In this document: positions 59,145-64,000 of the stretch, one piece after another
Numbering within the stretch: the stretch's first letter is position 1
Layout: each line of letters begins with the position of its first letter
Assembly (NCBI GenBank): GCA_037441675.1
Contig: JBBIRS010000005.1
Span: forward strand, 75,648 to 139,647
Length of the DNA stretch: 64,000 bases
Source of the DNA: Planctomycetales bacterium
Lineage (GTDB): Bacteria > 4484-113
Direction: 5' to 3'
The notes under the pieces: model-generated
What the model was told of the DNA's origin: nothing
The model's database searches: none
The model's input: the letters and a program-made list of their open reading frames with translations, nothing else
Made by a program: the position numbers and the translations under genes

Positions 59145-59218
59145 GGGCGCGTAGCTCAGATGGTTAGAGCGTCTGGTTTACACCCAGAAGGTCAGCGGTT
59201 CAAATCCGTTCGCGCCCA
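59145..59218 (+). tRNA. tRNA-Val(TAC)
   Basis: GGGCGCGTAGCTCAG...TCTGG-TT-TAC-AC-CCAGA...GGTTCAAATCC...CGCGCCCA; no encoded CCA. Confidence 0.95.
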
Positions 59219-59377
59219 TTTGATTCGCTTGATAATAGCTACTGTTTTTTTGGTGTTTTCCCTTTATCCCGCCTTAATGTCCAGTGGAAAAGCCATAATT
59301 GATGGACATTTTCGCCAAATAAGCACGAATACTTACTCACAGGTACTCAAATAGATTCCTATTACCTGAAAGGCTTC

Positions 59378-60364
59378 TTACCTACCTCTGCTCATTACGG
59401 TGGGAAAGCCACCACCAATTGGGATGTAGGATTTTAGGCTATCCGAGTAGATTTTTCCAGAGGTAACAATCTGGGTTTGGGGATAAGTAACAGGCACGGT
59501 TACCTCAACAAGCCCAGTCTTACCAATTACCTTTGATTTGATAACCGTTGCCTCACGAGAAGTTAGCTTGGCTTTAATCCCGTCAATTCCCTTATCAAGT
59601 AGCTTCGCCTCAATTTTAATGACCGCGCCCTGTTCTTGACTGATTTCAACCTTTAGTGGAACTACCTCTTCGCTGGAACCAAGTTCACCGGAGGGCTTTA
59701 TGTATCTCATATTTGCCTTTAGTATGAGGTGTAAGGTACCGGGTTTTACATCGGCTAATGTCAGTTGAAACTGCAGAATTTCGCCCATTGGGCTAGTTTT
59801 CGGTTTTAGTTCAATTTTAGGTGGCAAAAAGGATTTATTCTTTTCTACAACTTTGCGCAGAATAGCTAGTCCTTCCTCACCAAATAAACCTCTTAGAACA
59901 ACCACCCCCTTCGGATTGATGAGCAAGCTAGTTGGTGTTTCCAAAACATTCCAAGTAGCGCTCACGGTTCTAGTATTCTCCACACTGAGAGGTATTACAG
60001 GAAAGGTATAACCTTCTTTTTTAGTATGCTCAATGATCTTTTCATTAGGCAGACGATTATTTATGAGAATGCTTAATATCTTGAAGTCTTTCGGCGAGCT
60101 CTTTTTGTAATATGCTTGATACCTCGCAAGTTCCACTGAACAAGCGGGACAATCAATCGCCCAAAAGATTACTAAGACAAAGTTGCCCCTCAGTTCTTCC
60201 AGGGAGTGTTTCTTTCCCAAAATGTCAGTGCCAGAAATGTTTGGAGCTATCTCTCCCAATCCTGTGCCTCTCTTTTCTGCTGAAGGAGTTGCCTCTGAAA
60301 ACGCTAAGAGCAATAGTAGAAAGAGGAGTATGGCTGAGAGAATGCGAAATTTATCTTTAAACAT
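59378..60364 (-). CDS. TlpA/ResA-like exported thiol-disulfide oxidoreductase with an unknown C-terminal domain
   Basis: Signal peptide; G..AP, FWAIDCPAC and W.V..TPT..LI...G. Confidence 0.82.
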   Translation of the reverse strand: MFKDKFRILSAILLFLLLLLAFSEATPSAEKRGTGLGEIAPNISGTDILGKKHSLEELRGNFVLVIFWAIDCPACSVELARYQAYYKKSSPKDFKILSILINNRLPNEKIIEHTKKEGYTFPVIPLSVENTRTVSATWNVLETPTSLLINPKGVVVLRGLFGEEGLAILRKVVEKNKSFLPPKIELKPKTSPMGEILQFQLTLADVKPGTLHLILKANMRYIKPSGELGSSEEVVPLKVEISQEQGAVIKIEAKLLDKGIDGIKAKLTSREATVIKSKVIGKTGLVEVTVPVTYPQTQIVTSGKIYSDSLKSYIPIGGGFPTVMSRGR

Positions 60365-60549
60365 AGTGATTATTATAAAGCAATTCAGTTACTATTGCTA
60401 ATAGTAATACATTCCCATTATCTTAAAAAGCTTAGTGGTATCATACGGTAATATAACATAGGATTTATGCGAGCATAGGAAAGATAGCCAAATAGAAACG
60501 CAAAATGATATAATTTAATTGAGACAATTTTCACAAAGGAATCTACCTA

Positions 60550-61824
60550 ATGTTTGAAGCCCTTTTTAAGACAGATCTTTCTGACGCCGAAAAAAAAGAG
60601 ATAATTAGTGCGACTATCCTTTCATACAAAGAGTATCTAAATCCAGGCTTTCTTCGGTTTAAGAAGAGCGCTGATAGCAAGGCGGTTGAGTGGAGCGCAT
60701 ATGGCGCAACAATGTATGACATTAACGATAGGTCATTCATTGATTGCCTAGGTGGATACGGAGTATTTTGTCTTGGCCATCGTCCAAAGGCTGTTATTGA
60801 CGCTGTAATAAGAACACTAGAGCGCATTGGCATATCGTCTCAGGAACTTTTAAGTCCATACCAGTCTGCCCTAGCGATGGAGCTTGCACAAATCACGCCG
60901 GGTGACCTCAAGCATTCTTACTTTCATTCAGGCGGGGGCGAGGCAAACGATGCAGGGATAAAGCTCGCCCGTATCGCTACTGGAAGAAAAAAGCACGTTA
61001 CTTTCTCAATGAGTTTTCATGGCAAAACTATGGGAGCTTTATCCGCAACCAACCGTGAGCGCATAACAAAGCCCTTTGAGCCCCTTGTCCCTGGTTTTAT
61101 TGAGGTTGCTTATAACGATGTTGAAGGGGTAAGGAATGTGATGAGCGAAGAAGTTGCATCTATTATTGTTGAACCAATCCAGGGAGAGGGCGGAATAAAT
61201 GTGCCTTCTGATGAGTTTCTTTTAGCCCTTCGTGACATATGCGACGAATACGGGGCATTATTACACGTTGATGAGGTTCAAACCGGTTTCGGCAGAACCG
61301 GGAAATGGTTCGCCTGTGAGCATTCAGGCGTGGTTCCTGATATTATGACATTAGGCAAGGCGCTTGGTGGCGGGGTAATGCCCATTGCAGCGGTTCATGC
61401 CAAGCCCGAGGTCTTCAAGCCCTTGGAGGAAAATCCATGGTATCTCTCTTGCACCTTTGGCGGAAATCCTCCCGCTTGTTCAGCTGGAATTGCTACAATT
61501 CACGAGCTAAAAAGGCTTGGGATAATTGAGGAAGTTGCAGGAAAGGGCGAGCTTTTCATAGGCTTATTGAAAGAGCTTAAGGATGATTTCGGACATAAAA
61601 TTACTGACATTCGCGGGAGAGGGCTACTTATCGGGGTTGAATTCGTAGACGAGGAGACGGGGAATACTGTAGCCAAAAAGCTCTTTGAAGCGGACGTTCT
61701 TACCGCTCATACCGCTAACAATCCAAGGGTGATTAGGATTGAGCCTCCGCTTGTGATATCAGTGGAAGAGATTCATGAAGTAGTTAGGAGGATGCGTAAG
61801 GTTCTGTCAGAACTAGATAAGTGA
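60550..61824 (+). CDS. Class III PLP aminotransferase, putrescine aminotransferase-like
   Basis: Y.NPGFL..KKS and FIDCLGGYG (PatA-like); FHGKT, EPIQGEGG and DEVQTG.GRTG...GKALGGG. Confidence 0.85.
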   Translation: MFEALFKTDLSDAEKKEIISATILSYKEYLNPGFLRFKKSADSKAVEWSAYGATMYDINDRSFIDCLGGYGVFCLGHRPKAVIDAVIRTLERIGISSQELLSPYQSALAMELAQITPGDLKHSYFHSGGGEANDAGIKLARIATGRKKHVTFSMSFHGKTMGALSATNRERITKPFEPLVPGFIEVAYNDVEGVRNVMSEEVASIIVEPIQGEGGINVPSDEFLLALRDICDEYGALLHVDEVQTGFGRTGKWFACEHSGVVPDIMTLGKALGGGVMPIAAVHAKPEVFKPLEENPWYLSCTFGGNPPACSAGIATIHELKRLGIIEEVAGKGELFIGLLKELKDDFGHKITDIRGRGLLIGVEFVDEETGNTVAKKLFEADVLTAHTANNPRVIRIEPPLVISVEEIHEVVRRMRKVLSELDK

Positions 61825-61944
61825 GGCGAGCTAAGTTGATGATTTAGTAATTGATTTTTTAACAATCATCTTCTTAGTGGGTTTATGCATCTTCTCTTGC
61901 CTAACTCTTTTTCATAATTGTGCTAACATTCTTTTATCCCAACA

Positions 61945-62364
61945 ATGCTTAAGGTATCTCATATTGCGGTGGCGGTGAATAATTTAGATGAGTCTGTCCA
62001 GAAGCTAGCAAACCTGCTTAATTTGCCAACTGATAGTTTTAAGCGAAGAAGAGCAGAAGAAGAGGGTGTGCTAATTGCGGAGAAAAGCTTTAACGGCGTT
62101 GAGCTGGAGCTAATTGAACCAATTGATTCTTCCTCTCCTATATACTCTTTCTTGGAAAGGAGAGGGGAAGGACTTCACCATATCTGTTTTGAAGTTGATG
62201 ATATTAAGGGTGAATTTGAGCGTCTTAAAGCAATGGGAGTAAGACTTCTATCAGAAGATGTTAACAAGATTTCTGATTATTACTATTTCTTTATTCATCC
62301 TAAAGAAGCGAGCGGAATTTTAATAGAGTTCAAACAGTTGAACAAGGAGAAGGAATATGGCTAA
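61945..62364 (+). CDS. mce: Methylmalonyl-CoA epimerase (VOC family)
   Basis: [25 protein letters not shown] and FIHPK...GILIE; overlaps the carboxyltransferase gene. Confidence 0.88.
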   Translation: MLKVSHIAVAVNNLDESVQKLANLLNLPTDSFKRRRAEEEGVLIAEKSFNGVELELIEPIDSSSPIYSFLERRGEGLHHICFEVDDIKGEFERLKAMGVRLLSEDVNKISDYYYFFIHPKEASGILIEFKQLNKEKEYG

Positions 62365-63994
62365 GAAGGAGAATAAACCTAATCCAACAGCAACTTCCAA
62401 GGGAAGAGTGGTGATTAAGGAGGTTACTGCAGCCTCCACCATTGGCAGAATCCAATTGCTCAAGGAGTTGAAGGAGAAGGCACTTGAGGGCGGTGGAGAT
62501 GAAGCAATTGCAAAACAGCACGGGAAGGGGAAACTCACCGCTCGCGAACGCCTCCAGCTTTTATTGGATGAAGGTTCTTTCCACGAGATTGACGCATTCG
62601 TGGCAAGTCCTCAGGCGAAGGTTTATGGTGATGGAGTGGTAACCGGCTATGGCACAATTGACGGAAGACGAGTTGCGGCCTACGCGCAGGACTTTACCGT
62701 TATGGGTGGAAGTTTGGGTGAAAGACACGCAGGTAAAATTTGTAAAGTCCTTGAATTGGGAATGAAGCTTGGTATTCCGGTGATTGGATTAAACGACTCT
62801 GGTGGTGCGCGAATTCAGGAAGGTGTAATTTCCCTTGCAGGATATGCGGATATATTCTGGCGAAATGTTCAGGCGAGCGGTGTTATTCCACAGATTTCAG
62901 CCATTATGGGTCCTTGTGCGGGTGGCGCGGTTTACTCTCCAGCCTTGAATGACTTTATCTTTATGGTGAGAAATACTTCCTTTATGTTTCTAACGGGCCC
63001 TGATGTTATAAAAGCTGTTCTTAATGAGGATGTGACATTTGAGGAACTGGGTGGAGCTTTAACCCATAACCAAAAGAGCGGAGTTGCCCATTTTGCAGCT
63101 GAGAATGAGGTTGATTGTATCAACCAAATGAAGCGCCTTTTTTCTTACTTGCCCTCTAACAATACTGAGTTTCCACCTTATAGTCGTCCCTTGGATGAGC
63201 CCTTTCGTCGAGAGGAAAGGCTTGCGGAGATAGTCCCTGATGATCCTAATAAACCCTACGATATGAAGGAAGTAATCCGCCTGGTCATGGATACTGATAG
63301 CTTTATGGAAGTTCATGCTCTATTTGCGCCGAATATTATTATTGGCTTCGCTCGACTTAACGGACACGTTGTTGGCATTGTGGCAAATCAGCCAAAGGAG
63401 CTAGCGGGATGTCTTGATATTAACTCTTCCATTAAAGGGGCGCGGTTCATAAGATTCTGCGACTGCTTCAACATACCGATTATTACTTTTGAGGATGTTC
63501 CCGGTTTTCTGCCAGGGACTGCACAAGAATGGGGAGGAATAATCGCCCATGGCGCGAAGTTGCTTTACGCCTATGCGGAGGCGACAGTACCAAAACTTTT
63601 GGTCATCACACGTAAAAGTTATGGAGGGGCTTATTGTGTTATGAGCAGTAGGCACGTTCACGGCGATTTCTGTGTTGCCTGGCCAACCGCTGAAATCGCA
63701 GTTATGGGAGCGCAGGGTGCAGTTCGCATAATTCATCGCAGGGAACTTCAAAAAGCTGTGGAAGGCGTAAAAAATCCCAAAAAGGCTGAAGAACAGCTGA
63801 AGAAGGTGGAAGAACAGTTAGTAGAGGCATACAAAAAGGCTTATATGCATCCTTATCTTGCGGCGGAGCGAGGGTATATTGATGATGTCATTGACCCAAG
63901 GGATACACGAATAAAGCTAATTTCCGCTCTGGAGATGAATCTTAGCAAGGTTGAAAACCGTCCTAGAAGAAAGCACGGCAATATCCCATTGTAA
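62357..63994 (+). CDS. Acyl-CoA carboxyltransferase subunit (methylmalonyl-CoA decarboxylase alpha / PccB family)
   Basis: [49 protein letters not shown] and KHGNIPL. Confidence 0.95.
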   Translation: MAKKENKPNPTATSKGRVVIKEVTAASTIGRIQLLKELKEKALEGGGDEAIAKQHGKGKLTARERLQLLLDEGSFHEIDAFVASPQAKVYGDGVVTGYGTIDGRRVAAYAQDFTVMGGSLGERHAGKICKVLELGMKLGIPVIGLNDSGGARIQEGVISLAGYADIFWRNVQASGVIPQISAIMGPCAGGAVYSPALNDFIFMVRNTSFMFLTGPDVIKAVLNEDVTFEELGGALTHNQKSGVAHFAAENEVDCINQMKRLFSYLPSNNTEFPPYSRPLDEPFRREERLAEIVPDDPNKPYDMKEVIRLVMDTDSFMEVHALFAPNIIIGFARLNGHVVGIVANQPKELAGCLDINSSIKGARFIRFCDCFNIPIITFEDVPGFLPGTAQEWGGIIAHGAKLLYAYAEATVPKLLVITRKSYGGAYCVMSSRHVHGDFCVAWPTAEIAVMGAQGAVRIIHRRELQKAVEGVKNPKKAEEQLKKVEEQLVEAYKKAYMHPYLAAERGYIDDVIDPRDTRIKLISALEMNLSKVENRPRRKHGNIPL

Positions 63995-64000
63995 GAGTTT

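Noticed and set aside
59160..59354. 64-aa ORF (and similar ORFs at 42208-42453 and 41976-42392)
   Set aside because: They overlap tRNA genes or lie antisense to real genes, so they are spurious
1..64000. Genome-wide UGA reassignment (genetic code 4 or 25) as the explanation for the OFOR TGA
   Set aside because: TGA ends many full-length genes here (both SBPs, recJ, OFOR gamma, MBL hydrolase, aminotransferase) and Trp is encoded by TGG, so any recoding must be site-specific
1..64000. CRISPR arrays, rRNA genes, IS elements/transposases and integrases
   Set aside because: No regularly spaced repeats, rRNA-like sequence or recombinase/transposase motifs were seen

Overview
This is a gene-dense chromosomal window from a bacterium that is probably an anaerobic diderm of Terrabacteria type. 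Outer-membrane genes (BamA, LpxD, TolC, CsgG-like) sit alongside DivIVA, Amj, YtxH and KtrAB. Most of the window is housekeeping: a peptide ABC transporter, secDF-recJ-rel-dtd, miaA, a four-gene 2-oxoacid:ferredoxin oxidoreductase (OFOR), thiE/thiS, aroE, recO, rpsB-tsf, a class A PBP, a putrescine aminotransferase, and a methylmalonyl-CoA epimerase plus carboxyltransferase. There are five tRNA genes, none encoding CCA. Main observations: (1) The OFOR beta subunit has an in-frame TGA exactly at the conserved fourth [4Fe-4S] Cys ligand, with an intact reading frame and a candidate SECIS behind it, so it is a candidate selenoprotein. (2) An intact 751-aa Zn-finger/AEP-primase/DnaB-helicase fusion has lost most catalytic residues in both enzymatic domains but keeps the arginine finger. 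(3) A decayed DCD-domain + AAA-ATPase gene, seen by the ORF track only as unrecognised fragments, lies between two tRNAs next to a promoter-bounded hairpin sRNA candidate with an anti-SD-like loop. (4) A partly decayed metal-response islet contains MntH-USP, a frameshifted thioredoxin-like gene, MerR with a 20-bp-spacer promoter, and a nonsense-truncated PqqC/CADD-like gene. (5) Many genes appear to be leaderless. All calls come from motif recognition by eye; no database searches were run.
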